Part shown: positions 43,945-58,811 of the stretch, one piece after another
How the letters are laid out: each line of letters starts with the position of its first letter
Numbering within the stretch: the stretch's first letter is position 1
Assembly (NCBI GenBank): GCA_951406725.2
Contig: OX597837.1
Coordinates: 41,044,001-41,108,000 of the forward strand
Source: Octopus vulgaris
Taxonomy: Eukaryota
DNA: 64,000 bases
Reading direction: 5' to 3'
Notes under the pieces: model-generated
Seen by the model: only the letters and a program-made list of their open reading frames with translations
Database searches by the model: none
What the model was told of the DNA's origin: nothing
Made by a program: the position numbers and the translations under genes

Positions 43945-44170
43945 TATTCTTTCACTTGTTTCAGTCATGTGACTGCGGCCATGCTGGAGTACCACCTTAA
44001 AGAGTTTTATTCGAAAAAAAATCGACCCCAGGATTTATTCTTTGTACGCCTAGTACTTATTTTATCGGCCTCTTTTGCCAAACCGCAAAATTTACGGGGA
44101 CATAAACACACCAGCATCGGTTGTCAAGCGATGGCGAGGGGACAAACACAGACACATACACACAAATACA
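43945..44170 (-). mobile_element. SINE family B, 3' half
   Basis: CTTGTTTCAGTCATGTGACTGCGGCCATGCTGGAG...CCAGCATCGGTTGTCAAG. Confidence 0.85.
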
Positions 44171-44711
44171 CTCACGCACACACACACATACACACACTCT
44201 CTCTCTCTCACTCTCTCTCTCTCTCTCACTCTCTTTCACACACACACACACACACATTTGGAGAATATCTAACTTGAAAACAAAGCAAAGGGTGATGACC
44301 TTCACCAATGTTTTACGCCTGTCCATTCCTCAGTGTTGGCCACCCTAACCTCCTGCTCTATCAAATGTGCCCCCCTCCCTGTATTCTTTCTACTCCTTCC
44401 TCTCTTCTTTTCTTTCCCTGTCTTCACCTTTCTCATTCTCTTCCAGACCATCGCATCTCTCCCTCTTTCCTCTTCATCTCTCTTCCATTTGCCTCTTTAC
44501 TTTTCTCCCTCCACCCCCTCCGCCATGGCTTTACCATTTGCCTCGGTGTCCTGCTTCTTTGTTATAAACTAGAAATGGCTCTGAGACGAAAGAAAGTAGC
44601 ATTAATTTTCTCGGTCGTTCAACTTTCCTCAACTTAATCGATAAACCAATTGAGTAAACCTATCAGTGTTGCACCTACAATGACTACTGGAAACAACTGT
44701 CCTGCACGCAT

Positions 44712-44750
<39 letters not shown>

Positions 44751-45631
44751 TATATATATAGATAGATATACACACACGCACACCAATATATATATATACA
44801 TACATACACACACACACATATGCACGCACGCACATACACACACACACACACATATATATATACATACACTCACATATATACACATACACACATATATATA
44901 CACACATATATATATATATACTCACACACAACACACACATGTATATATATATACACACATACACACACACATACACACACGCACACACATATATATATAT
45001 ACACACACACATATACATGTATATATATATGCGCACAAGCACACACACACATATATATATATACACATACACACACATACACACGCACACACATATATAT
45101 ATACACACACACACATATACATGTATATATATATATGCGCACAAACACACACACACACACATATATACATACACACATATATATATATATATACATACAC
45201 ACACACATACACACACGCACACACATATATATATATACAAACACACATATACATACATACCAGAGGCGACTTCATGTCATCAACGTTACTCGTGCTCATC
45301 AAGTTTTTCCGCTTTCTCTCTAGCCCTAAATGGCTTATTTTTTTATATCTAGCACAATGTCTTTCTCCATTTCTAAGTCAAGGGTTAAAATAAAGCAACC
45401 CTGCAAAACACAACTGATGCACAGAACAACAGCAATCAAATAACACCAACAGAGTGCACAACAAACATCAGCAATCTGACTGTCACCTGTACTCTTGACA
45501 GAGATGCAAGTTAGTTTTTTTGACACCTACTAGGCTCGTTCGCATTAGCGTGAGTTGCTGGATGAATTTTCATTCCTTTAAGAATATTCTAGAACAGAAA
45601 CTTTTCATAGATTGGAATTTATATTCTAATC

Positions 45632-45784
45632 TCGGCTGTGCGGTAAGTAGCGTGTTTACCAACCACATGATTCCGGGTTCAGTCCTACTGGATGGCACCT
45701 TGGATAAGTGTCTTCTACTATAGCCTCGGGCCGACCAAAGCCTTGTGAGTGGATTTGGTAGACGGAAACTGAAAGAAGCCCGTC

Positions 45785-45847
<63 letters not shown>

Positions 45848-46044
45848 CGTGTGTGTTTGTGTGTCTGTGTTTGTCCCATCCAACATCGCTTGACAACCGA
45901 TGCTGGTGTGTTTATGTCCCCGTCACTTAGCGGTTCAGCGAAAGAGACCGATAGAATAAGTACTGGGCTTACAAAGAATAAGTCCCGGGGTCGAGTTGCT
46001 CGACTAAAGGCGGTGCTCCAGCATGGCCACAGTCAAATGACTGA
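45632..46044 (+). mobile_element. SINE family B
   Basis: Near-identical to 17426-17870; a further 3' half lies at about 46175-46370. Confidence 0.92.
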
Positions 46045-46493
46045 AACAAGTAAAAGAGTAAAGAGTATACATACATACATACATACATACATACATACAT
46101 ACATACATACGTACATACGTACATACATAGACACATGCACACATGCAAACGCACTCAAAAACACACACGCACATATAACTTGGCAACCGGAGTTGGTTTG
46201 TTTACATCTTCGTAATGCGTAACATTGTGGTTCAGCAAAAGATACCGATAGAATTATTACCAGACTTTTGAAAGATATGAAAGTATTGGGTTTTATTTGT
46301 TCGAGTAAACTCTCCAAGGCGGTGCCCCAGCTTGGCCGCTGTCCGATGGCTGAAACCAATAAAGCAGAAAGACAGAGATATGTATGTAAGTATGCAAACA
46401 TACTTACATACATGTTTGTGTGTGTATTTATGTCTGTGTGTGTATGTGTATTTATATGAGCATGTGTTTGCACCAACGCATATCTATACATAT

Positions 46494-46535
<42 letters not shown>

Positions 46536-46628
46536 ACACTTACATGCAAAGATATTGAGATAACCAAATATATATACATATATGACAAACACACAGACCA
46601 ACAGACAGAAACACAAAGTAGGAGTGTA

Positions 46629-46727
<99 letters not shown>

Positions 46728-46793
46728 GTGTGTGTGTGTGTGCGTGTATGTGTATGTGTGGTGTGTATGTATATATATATATATATATATGTA

Positions 46794-47037
46794 GGCGGCG
46801 AACTGGCAGAAGGCGGCGAGCTGGCAGAAACGTTAGCACGCCGAGCGAAATGCTTAGCGGTATTTCGTCTGCGTTACGTTGTGAGTTCAAATTCCGCCGA
46901 GGTCGACTTTGCCTTTCATCCTTTCGGGGTCGATAAATTAAGTACCAGTTACGAACTGGGTCGATGTAATCGACTTAATACCTATGTCTGCCCTTGTTTG
47001 TTCCCTCTGTGTTTAGCCCCTTGTGGGTAATAAAGAA

Positions 47038-47039
<2 letters not shown>
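46794..47039 (+). mobile_element. SINE family C, full length with duplicated 18-nt head
   Basis: GGCGGCGAACTGGCAGAA-GGCGGCGAGCTGGCAGAA, B box GAGTTCAAATTCC and the conserved central domain. Confidence 0.9.
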
Positions 47040-47081
<42 letters not shown>

Positions 47082-47109
47082 ATATGTATATACTCAATAC
47101 TCAATACTC

Positions 47110-47565
47110 TTTACGTAAACACACCAGCATCGGTTGTCAAGCAATGTTGGGGACACACACAGACACAAACACACACACACACAAATATATATATATATAC
47201 ATATACATATATACGACAGGCTTCTTTCAGTTTCCGTATACCAAATCCACTGACAAGGCTTTGGTCGGCCCGAGGCTATAGCAGAAGGCACTTGCCCAAG
47301 ATGCCACGCAGTGGGACTGAACCCGGAACCGTGTGGTTCGTAATCAAACTACTTACCACGCAGCCACTATATATACATACATATATATATATATATATAT
47401 ACGCGACGGGCTTCTTCCAGTTTCCGTCAACCAAATCCACTCACAAGGATTTAGTCGGCCCGAGGCTATAGTAGAAGACACTTGCCCAAGATGCCACGCA
47501 GTGGGACTGAACCCGGAAGCTACTTACTGAGAAACAAGTATGTAACCACACAGCAACGCCTGCAC
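47110..47565 (-). mobile_element. Two tandem SINE family B 5' halves
   Basis: CACTTGCCCAAGATGCCACGCAGTGGGACTGAACCCGGAA at about 47290 and 47480. Confidence 0.85.
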
Positions 47566-47697
47566 CATATATATATATAAATATATATATCGTGTGAGAG
47601 GCAATGACGCGTGTATACACATCAACACATTAAAGTACATTGATGTAGACACTATTGTGAGATATAAACTAGCTTTTATTGACTGTGAACTGCTTAA

Positions 47698-47758
47698 CCA
47701 CGCCCCACTCACTCAAAATATCCATTGATTGGCAGTTTACAAACATAAAGGGGCGTGG
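47698..47758. promoter_or_regulatory. Candidate cis-regulatory cluster: inverted SP/KLF boxes around CCAAT and forkhead-like sites
   Basis: CCACGCCCC (47698), ATTGG (47728), GTTTACAAACA (47735), GGGGCGTGG (47750). Confidence 0.35.
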
Positions 47759-48823
47759 CTCCGATAACGATTTCGATATAGCAAACCCATATGTGTGTGC
47801 TTGTATGTGTGTATATATATTTATATATACACACAGACGCACACACACACACACACACATACACACACACACACACACATGCACACACACGCACTCATAT
47901 ATATACACAGACACGCGTATATAACAACATACATTTTCGCTCGTATGTGCATTTCAACTGAGTATATATATAAATATAGACATTATACATAGACGTGTGT
48001 ATATAAGTGTGTAGTTGTGTGTGTGTGTGTATAAGCAAGTACGCGTGTGCGGACGTGTGTGAATATGTATATGTACATATATAGGTTTTTAGTATGCGCC
48101 GTGTATGTATATATATAAATATGCACACTTATGTATATAAATATAGATTTCGCATAAATAAACACACGCAGAACGATAATAATGATGATGATGATGATAA
48201 TAATAATAATTAATTCTTTTATTAGCCACAAGGGCTGCTAATATAGACAAGCATAAAATGACATGCAGCGACATAAAAGACAACAACAACAACAACAACA
48301 ATAATAATAATAATAATAATAATAATAAACAATAATAATAATAATAATAGTAATGATGATGATGATGATGATGATGATGATAATAATTAATATATGCGAG
48401 GTTTCGTCTCCATGTGTGTGTGTGTGTATGTGTACGTGTGTACGTAATCGTGTCTCTGTGTGTATGTGTGTATGTGTGTGTGTATCTGTGTGTGTGTGCT
48501 TGTGTGTGTGTGTGTGTGTGTGATTATCCATACATGTTGGTTTTTGGTGTGTGCTTGTGTTAATATCTTATATATACATACATAAAGAGAGAGAGAGAGA
48601 GAGAGAGAGGGAGAAAGAGTGAGAGCGTGAGACAAAGAGAGAGAGAGGTGCAGGTGTGGTTGTGCAGTTAAGAAGCTCGCTCTGCAGCCACGAGGTTTTG
48701 AGTTCGGTTCCCCTGCCAGGCAATTAGGGTAAGTCTTCTACCGTAACCTTTCACTGAGCAATGTTTTCTAAAGGAATCTGCTTGAGTACAACTGTGTGAA
48801 TGGTCAGCTCCTTTACTTATGTG

Positions 48824-48872
<49 letters not shown>

Positions 48873-48882
48873 TTATATATAT

Positions 48883-49245
48883 TCTTTTATTCTTTTACTT
48901 GTTTCAGTCATTTGACTGCGGCCATGCTGCAGCACCGCCTTTAGTCGAACAAACCGACCCCAGGACTTCTTCGTAAGCCCAGTACTTATTCCATCGATCT
49001 GTTTTGCCGAACCGCTAAGTTACGGGGTCCCAAACACACCAACATCGGTTGTCAAGCGATTGGTGATGGTGACAAACACACACACACACACACATATACA
49101 TATGTGATACACATAAACGACGGGCTTCTTTCAGTTTCCGTCTCCCAAATCTTTGTCCACTTCGAAGCTATAGTAGAAGATAATTGCCCAAGATGCCACG
49201 CAGTGGGACTGAATCCAGCTTCATACCACATAGCCACGCCTGGCC
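48883..49245 (-). mobile_element. SINE family B
   Basis: Reverse complement of tail, core and head. Confidence 0.88.
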
Positions 49246-49436
49246 TACGGATATATATATATATACACACACACATACATATATATATATTCATACATAT
49301 ATATATATATATACACATACATATATACAAATATAAGAGAGTGACCACTATATGGTCGACTCTTGCGCTAAAAATAGATCCGCTATGGTATCAACATTTA
49401 ACGTAAACATACATATATATATATATAATATATATG

Positions 49437-49488
<52 letters not shown>

Positions 49489-49574
49489 TCAGTATCCGCC
49501 GTAACTTCGAAGTCACAGTTTGCCAATCCAATTCTTTAACAAGAATATTAGATTCGTACTTAACAAAAATGTAG

Positions 49575-49745
49575 AATGCTAACGGCATTTCGTCTGTCTT
49601 CGTGTTCTGAGTTCAAATTCCACCGAAGTCTTCTGTGCCTTTCATTTGTTTCGGGGTTGATAAAATAAATACCAGCTAACCACTGAGGTCCATGTAACTG
49701 GCCTGTCCTCTTCCCCACAAATTTCAGGTATCGTCCTAAAATTTG
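49575..49745 (+). mobile_element. SINE family C fragment
   Basis: GTTCTGAGTTCAAATTCCACCGA...GCCTTTCAT...CGGGGTTGATAAA. Confidence 0.78.
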
Positions 49746-49834
49746 TAGGGAACGATTATATTTTAACATAAAATCGAACACATATCTATATCTGTTTACC
49801 TGCTTACATAGCATATCATATCATATCGACATAT

Positions 49835-50212
<378 letters not shown>

Positions 50213-50326
50213 GTGGAGGTATCTCTTAGATACCCTAAATTATAATTTTGAATAATTATTACCTTTGAAGGTTTTTATTCCCATGCTGGCCACCTGATAA
50301 GATCGATACTTAAATAACGATCTTAT

Positions 50327-50385
<59 letters not shown>

Positions 50386-50461
50386 TATATACAATATATT
50401 TACATATATACATGTATATAAATATATATCATATGCGTATATATATATATATATACACGTA

Positions 50462-50499
<38 letters not shown>

Positions 50500-50928
50500 A
50501 CTGCTAGGATCGACTTGTTGACTATACCTTTGAAGGCGGTGCTCCAGTATGGCAGCAGTCCAATAACTGAAGCACATAATAACTGAAGAGATAAAATGCA
50601 AAAAGATGTAGTGGGTGGGCGATCAAATGTTTTTGAGTAGATTTGGTAGATGGAAACTGAAAGAAGCTTGTCGTATATATGTATATGCTTGTATGTATAT
50701 GTTTGGGTGTGTGATTGTGTGCGTGTCTGTGTGTGTAACGGAATACGTTGAGACGTTTTACTTTTCTTACTTTTAGCTCAGTCGTATACCCAAACACACG
50801 CACAAACACACACACACACATCACACCACACATACATACACACACAACACAAACACACACACACACACACAAAACACAACCACACCACACACACAGTCAT
50901 ACGCACAAGCACGCACATATAAGATAGC

Positions 50929-50992
<64 letters not shown>

Positions 50993-50999
<7 letters not shown>

Positions 51000-51281
51000 A
51001 GAAAAAGGGACAGGCAAAATATGTTCAATATATTTTGAAATATATTTCAAAAATATATGGAATATATATTCAATATGTTTATAATCCAGAAACATGATGT
51101 TCACAGATAACCGCCAGACTTCGTATTCGTTATCTATTCCTTCTGTTTTGCATATGTGAATTACAGGGTCTGTCATACCCGGAGTCCAACTTTGATAGAA
51201 ATAAGCATTCTTGACTGCTATTTCTATTTTTTCGGTATGCGGTCAAGCAACCTGTTTTGCCTGTCCCTTTTTCTTATATAC
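50993..51281. mobile_element. Element bounded by perfect 27-bp inverted repeats (MITE or foldback)
   Basis: GTATATAAGAAAAAGGGACAGGCAAAA (50993-51019) and its exact reverse complement (51255-51281). Confidence 0.6.
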
Positions 51282-51403
51282 AATATATATACTGAACTTT
51301 ACAGAAGTTCCTGCCGGTAATCGGCTATATTTACATACCGAATTCTACCAGTAAATAATTGGGGTTTTTTTAAAAGCCTTTATAGAAATTATTTACTCTT
51401 ATC

Positions 51404-51467
<64 letters not shown>

Positions 51468-51468
51468 T

Positions 51469-51504
<36 letters not shown>

Positions 51505-51505
<1 letters not shown>

Positions 51506-51720
51506 CGAAAGGGTTGCTGAAAACTGCCTGGTTTTAAAGGTGTCGCGAAAGGCCTTGTTGGAGTCTTAACCCTCCGACTTCTTTTACAGGGCTTAAAAAA
51601 ACTGAAGGACCACTGCAGTAAGTGAGTAAATCGGAGAGTGTAAAATGTAGAATAAAATCATAATTCGTTGATTATCTTGCATTTTCTTTTATCTAAACTC
51701 AGGAATTTTTCGGCCCCCGT
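51505..51720 (+). mobile_element. Internally deleted mariner element
   Basis: TIR-like ends GGGTTGCTGAAAACTGCCTGGTTT and AAACTCAGGAATTTTTCGGCCCC; residual transposase C-terminus LLQGLKKLKDHCSK*VNRRV*NVE*. Confidence 0.72.
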
Positions 51721-51815
51721 GTCTTAGCGAATAGACAAAAACCCCTTTAAGGCGGTGCACCAGCATTGTCGCAGTCAAATGTCCGAAACAATTAAAAGAA
51801 TAAAAGTATAAAACC

Positions 51816-51859
<44 letters not shown>

Positions 51860-51874
51860 GTACATACATGCAGA

Positions 51875-52240
51875 GCTTCCTTACCAACCACATGGTTCCG
51901 GGTTCAGTCCCACTGCGTGGCACCTTTGGTAGCTTTATGAGTAGATTTGGTACACGGAAACTAAAAAAAGCGCATCGTATATATATATATATATATATAT
52001 AACGTATGTATGTATATATAACGTATGTATGTATGTATGTATTTGTGCGTCTGTGTTTGTCCCACCCCCCACCGATCTTAGGGTGTTTACATCAACGTAA
52101 CATTTCGGCAAAAAGAGACCGATAAAATAAGTACAAAGCTTACAAAGAATAAGTCCTGGGGGGTCGATATTCGTTCGACTAAAAGGCGGTGCTCCAGCCT
52201 GGGCGCAGTGAAATCGCTGAAACAAACACAAGAATAGAAA
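51875..52240 (+). mobile_element. SINE family B with internal deletion
   Basis: CCAACCACATGGTTCCGGGTTCAGTCCCACTGCG...GGCGGTGCTCCAGC. Confidence 0.85.
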
Positions 52241-52249
52241 ACTGTATAT

Positions 52250-52310
<61 letters not shown>

Positions 52311-53182
52311 TGTATGTATGTATGTATGTATGTATGTATGTATGTATGTATATATGTATATATGTATATATGAATGTATGTATATATGTATATATGTATG
52401 TACGTATGTATGTATGTATATATGTATATATGTATATATGAATGTATGTATATATGTATATATGTATGTACGTATGTATGTATGTATATATGTATATATG
52501 TATATATGAATGTATGTATATATGTATGTATGTATGTACGTATGTATATATGTATATATGTATGTACGTATGTATGTATGTATATATGTATATATGTATA
52601 TATGAATGTATGTATATATGTATATATGTATGTACGTATGTATGTATGTATATATGTATATATGTATATATGAATGTATGTATATATGTATGTATGTATG
52701 CATCCATGCATGTATGTATGTATATATATATGTACGTATGGATGCATCAATGCTTGTATGCATGTAAATATGTATGTATGCATGTATGTATAAACGTAGG
52801 CACAGAGGGCGAGAACACTATATGTGACTGCTTTCGGCGTGTGTATATACGATATTCTGTTGACAGTTGTCTGTGTGTTTAGTCTGTAATAAACTACAAA
52901 GACATTTCCTCAGAATGGGTCTATATTTGTGACCATAAATACTGAGGTGGTAGGCGAGGAGGGAAAGGAGGAGGAAGGAAAAGAATGAGAGAGGAATGAA
53001 ATCGGGGTGGGTGGGGCTGTGTGATTGTGTGTCTTGGGTGTGTGTTCAGTCGTGTTTATATTATAAATGTATTTGAATATGTAAATGAGGGGAGGGCGTT
53101 ACCTTCGTGGTTGCCGTGTTTCTTAATATGGTTACACATATAAACATATATACATGTGTGACTGTGTGTGTGTATGTCTGTG

Positions 53183-53223
<41 letters not shown>

Positions 53224-53245
53224 TACGTTCGTATATACATATGCT

Positions 53246-53490
53246 GGCGCGGGCGTGGCTGAGTGGTAAGAAGGTTGTTTGCCAACTACATGGTTTCTGG
53301 TTCAGTCCCACTGCGTGGCAAGTGTCTGCTACTTATTGCCTTGCGCCGACCAAAGACTTGTGAGTGGATTTGGCAGACGGAAACTGAAAGAAGCCCCTCG
53401 TATATATGTGTTATTTGTTGTGTGTGTGTGTCTTTGTATATGTGTCAGTCCTGTACCACCGCTTGACAACCGGTGTTGGTGTGTTTATAT
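53246..53490 (+). mobile_element. SINE family B, 3'-truncated
   Basis: Head and core present. Confidence 0.85.
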
Positions 53491-53701
53491 ACTTATACAT
53501 AGATAGATAGATAGACACATATGTATATAAATATATACATTATGTGTGTATATATATGTATATATATATATATATATACATATATATATGTATGTATATA
53601 TATATGTATATATAGATAGATGATATTTGTAGGTATATTTGTGTATATATATAGAGAGGAAGAGAGAGACAGAGAGAGGTATGTGTATATATATATATGT
53701 A

Positions 53702-53747
<46 letters not shown>

Positions 53748-54147
53748 CATGCACTTTCAGTAAGAATGTATATATATATATAATGGTGGCGCTATTCGGT
53801 GGCAGTGGTGATAGTGGTGGTAGTGTTGCCGGTGGTGCTGATGGCGATAGTGGTGGAGATGGTGGTGGTGGGGCTATTCGGTGGTAGTGTTGGCGGTGGT
53901 GGGAGTGGTGGTGGTGGTGGTGGTGGAAGTGAATGTGGCGGTGCTTGTGGTGGTGGTGAATGTTATCAAGCAACTTATTGACTGTTTCTCTTTTTTTTTC
54001 TTGTTTGTTTGTTTCTTCTACTTCGATTCTCCTCTTCGATTCACACACCGATCGATTATTCCTCTTCCACTTTTCCCGGGGTCGATAAAAATCAAGTACC
54101 GCTCGAGTACTTTACCCAAATGCATTCAAAGTCATATATATATTTAC

Positions 54148-54210
<63 letters not shown>

Positions 54211-54805
54211 TATATATGTATGTATATATATATATATCGTCGTGTAAGTATGTATGTATGTATCTATATGTACAATTTGTTCATCTTTACGTTCTGAGTT
54301 CAAATTCCGCTGAGGTCGACTTTGCCACTCATCGTTTCGGGGTCGAGAAAGTAAGTACCTATTGAACCCTGTCAGCTGACTGGATTGAAGCAACGTGCTA
54401 CCGAATCCGGGAATCGAAACACAACACGCTACTGGGTCCCGGAATCGAAACCACACTCTTACGATCATGAGTCTAACACTCTTAACCACTAAGCCATGCC
54501 CCTCCACAAGTCAAGTCCTAGGGTCAATGTAATAGATTTTTCCCCTTCCCGTAAAAACTCTTCGGCTTTCCGTTCAGGAGGAATATCGAGATGACCACGA
54601 TAACTGAAACGGCATGGAAATCGGGTAACCAGACATATGAGTCATACTACTTCCCAATCTCATGGTTCCGGGTTCAGTTCCATTGCGTGGCACCTTGGGA
54701 AAATGTCTTCTGCTATAGCCCCGGACCGACCAAAGACTTTTGAGAGAGAAAAACAGAGAGGGAGGGTGAGCAAGCGCATCTTCAAGAACACATATCAGAG
54801 TGTTT

Positions 54806-54879
<74 letters not shown>

Positions 54880-54881
<2 letters not shown>

Positions 54882-55200
54882 GCTATGCGATAAGGAAGAA
54901 AGAAAAGTCGAGAGATATGACAGGTTAGCTTGGGAAGTTAAGCAGTTGTGGTCGATGCAAAAGGTAGCAGTAGTACCAATAATTGTCGGAGCCCTGGGAA
55001 CAATGAGCAAAAATCTCGAGAAATGCGTGGAAGAAATAGGGGCTGCAATAAGGGTGGGGCACTTGCAGAAAACAACACTGCTTGGAACCGGTCGAATACT
55101 CCGGAAGGTGCTAGAAAAATAAGAGGTGTTACCTTAGTGCACTGGTAGTAAAAAGCTGACACCGTAGTACATCTCCAGCATTAGAAGCTGTGCAAAGGCA
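54880..55200 (+). mobile_element. R4/Dong 3' fragment after (AAT)n, followed by (ATG)n
   Basis: KEERKVERYDRLAWEVKQLW...VVPIIVGALGT...LQKTTLLGTGRILRKVLEK* (stop ends 55122). Confidence 0.88.
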
Positions 55201-55224
55201 ATGATGATGATGATGATTATTAAA

Positions 55225-55257
<33 letters not shown>

Positions 55258-55289
55258 ACAATGATGATTAAGATGATGATGATGATGAC

Positions 55290-55323
<34 letters not shown>

Positions 55324-55409
55324 ATTATTATTAAGATGATGATGATTACAATGATGATTAAGATGATGATGATGATGACGATGATGATTAAGATGATGAT
55401 GATGATGAC

Positions 55410-55443
<34 letters not shown>

Positions 55444-55499
55444 ATTATTATTAAGATGATGATGATTACAATGATGATTAAGATGATGATGATGATGAC

Positions 55500-55534
<35 letters not shown>

Positions 55535-55580
55535 CGATGATGAATATGGTGATGACGATGATGTTGATGATGATGATACC
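55201..55580. repeat. (ATG)n-based repeat with an exact 120-bp higher-order duplication
   Basis: 55261-55380 is identical to 55381-55500. Confidence 0.95.
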
Positions 55581-55619
55581 ATAGGGTAACAGATCGAATG
55601 ACAGACAAATATATATATA

Positions 55620-55920
55620 TTAAAAAAAAACTTGAGGAATATCAGGGCCTAGCAAGATCGATGAAGAGAGTGTCGAAATCTAAGGCAACATTTATTCCTG
55701 CGGTAATCAATGCACTTGGCACAATTCGATATTGGCTGATTGGAAAATATCGGGAGTGGGATTCACCCTGTCGATCTCCTGTAAATTCTGGATTCTGCAA
55801 GAATCCAAATACAGATTTTTAAATATTGAGGAGACTTGTTGTCACCAAGCCTCAAGACAATACTTGAAACTCTGCTAAATACTACTACTACTACTAACTA
55901 CTACTACTAATAATAATAAT
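55620..55920 (+). mobile_element. Older degenerate R4/Dong 3' fragment
   Basis: KKLEEYQGLARSMKRV...FIPAVINALGTI, a UTR hairpin and a (CTA/TAA)n tail. Confidence 0.65.
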
Positions 55921-56580
55921 GAAATTTGGGGCAGGTATATAGTGCAATCTGTGAGTGAAACAGTAAAATTATGTAAGACTTTTCTCAAGTTCCAAATGTG
56001 AATTTGTCTGTGTTAACCACATCCCAAAGATGGAGATTTCTATCTTTGTTGGAAACCGGGTCCCTCTACAGTGGAAGATTTATAATAGTTATATAATAAA
56101 AGAGACATACATATATATATGTGTGTGTGTGTGTGTGTACTGCCCATCGATATCTAGAACCTAGTGACACTGCATAAATTTAATCAGAGGTGGTCATATC
56201 AGAGCCGAGATATCTGCTTCAGAGTTTTCGATCTTTCGCTGCTTTGATCCACCTCCGGGTCTAATCCTTCATCTCAATCCTTAAAATTGCTTTTAATCGC
56301 GAACATATTCTTGGTTCTGGCAACAAAGCATTCTTCATTCTTCGTTCTTCATTCTTTAGATACTTCCAAGACTTTGGAAGAAGCACTGGCGTTCCGATAA
56401 CTCTTTCATGTCAGCAACTTCGCTTAGCGTTCAATGGGAATTGTGACGCATCTTCGCTCATCACAGCTTCGTATGCGAACGTTCAAGCGCTCTGCTGTTT
56501 GTTTCGATATATGTATATAAAACCGCAGAGAAATTATGGAAAGGAATATTTCGTGTGTCCTTCTTTGTATGAACGTGTGC

Positions 56581-56626
<46 letters not shown>

Positions 56627-56657
56627 GAGTCTATATATGTATGTGTATATGTATATA

Positions 56658-56715
<58 letters not shown>

Positions 56716-56725
56716 TAAATATATA

Positions 56726-56857
56726 TTGGCCTGCTCGCTTAGCCAGCGGGATGGCTTCATTTGAAGGCTAAAACAATGCAAAGCGCATTGTGACCAGCGA
56801 TGTATAGCAACATCTGATAGCCTGGTCAGTCATGGTGATCATGGTGATCATGGTGAT
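56726..56857 (+). mobile_element. 3' end of a SINE or LINE with a 9-nt tail repeat
   Basis: Unique sequence within (TA)n ending in (CATGGTGAT)x3. Confidence 0.55.
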
Positions 56858-57154
56858 ATGAATATATATAATATAAATAATATATAAATATATGCATATA
56901 TTCATGCATATATGTACATACCTACATATTTATGTGTATATACGTGCATATATGGGCACAGGACATCAAAAAATCGTAGACAAGATGAGAAACGAGAACA
57001 TAAAAAACAAAAACAAAAACACGAACTTTTTTTCGAACAACGAAAGAAACAGAGAAACGAGACAAGCAGCATAAAGAACTTTCCCCTTCATCAGTTGTCC
57101 CCTGTTTTATCTACTCCGCGTTTCGAAAGGTAGTGTGTGTGTGTATAAGTATAA

Positions 57155-57207
<53 letters not shown>

Positions 57208-57209
57208 TA

Positions 57210-57370
57210 TGACAGGCTTCTTTCAGTTTCCGTCTACCAAATCCGCTCGCAAGGCATCGGTCGGACCGCTGCAAAAATAGAAGACAATTGCCCAAGGTGC
57301 CCCGCAGTGGAACTGAACCCAGAACTGTGCGATTATAAAGCAAACTTCTTACCACACAGCCACGCCTGAG
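57210..57370 (-). mobile_element. SINE family B 5' half
   Basis: CTTCTTTCAGTTTCCGTCTACCAAATCC...CTTACCACACAGCCACGCC. Confidence 0.85.
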
Positions 57371-57456
57371 CCTACACACACACACACACACACATATACA
57401 TATATTTAAATACATATATATATATGTATACATATAATATAAATATATATATACAC

Positions 57457-57511
<55 letters not shown>

Positions 57512-57830
57512 ACACACACACACATATGTACATATGTATGAATAAATATACGTAAATTACATATACATATATACAAATATATATCCATACCACACACATA
57601 TGCATACGCACATGTTTCTGAACAGACATAATATATACATAGATACACACACGTGTGTGTGTGTGTTGTGTGTGTGTGTGTGTATTTCTATGAATCTATG
57701 AATGTGTGCGTTGATTCACGTATATATCTTATGTATATATACTAAAAGCAGATAATCAATATATCCATTTATCTATTCAGCCATCGATCGGCGTGTTTTT
57801 GTATGTGGCGGTTTATGAGAATGCCAGTGT

Positions 57831-57862
<32 letters not shown>

Positions 57863-58106
57863 ATTTGCCTTCGTACGTATGTGTTTGTGTGTGTAGATGT
57901 ACATACATATATATTTTATAATATAAATATATACATACAATCATACATACATGAATGTATATATATATGTATGTATATATATATACAAACATATATGTGT
58001 ATCTAAATATGTTTATATGTATGATTGTACTTATATGTATATTAGTATATATATTGTATATTGATTATATAATTATATAGATATATATATATATATATAT
58101 ATATAT

Positions 58107-58398
<292 letters not shown>

Positions 58399-58742
58399 TA
58401 TATATATGTACAGATATATGTATGTATGTATGTGTGTATGTATGTATGTATGTATGTATGTATATATATGTATGTGTGTATGTATGTATGTATGTATGTA
58501 TGTATGTATGTATGTATGTATGTATGGGTGTATGTATGTGTGTATAACAGAGACGCACACACAGTCGCGCTCTCTAGTACGTTGAGCGGGTCTGTGTATC
58601 TGTGTGTGATAAATTTCTCTACCAACGACTAACGATAACACATTTGTGCAATTGCGGTTTCGATCTCCATCGCTATCAGTGGTGATCGTCGCTGCTCCAT
58701 CCTCGCCTGCCGCAACGATGTTGAAAATGATTAATGACACAA

Positions 58743-58811
<69 letters not shown>

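Noticed and set aside
50294-50327. CTGATAAGATCG...CGATCTTATC hairpin
   Set aside because: A perfect 10-bp inverted repeat, but with no GAAA/UH and no second copy in the window.
57080-57133. Minus strand has GAAACGCG followed by CTGATGAAG, suggesting a permuted (type II) hammerhead
   Set aside because: No UH follows the CGCG palindrome and stems I and II are not convincing. It may be a decayed Penelope-like end but cannot be called.
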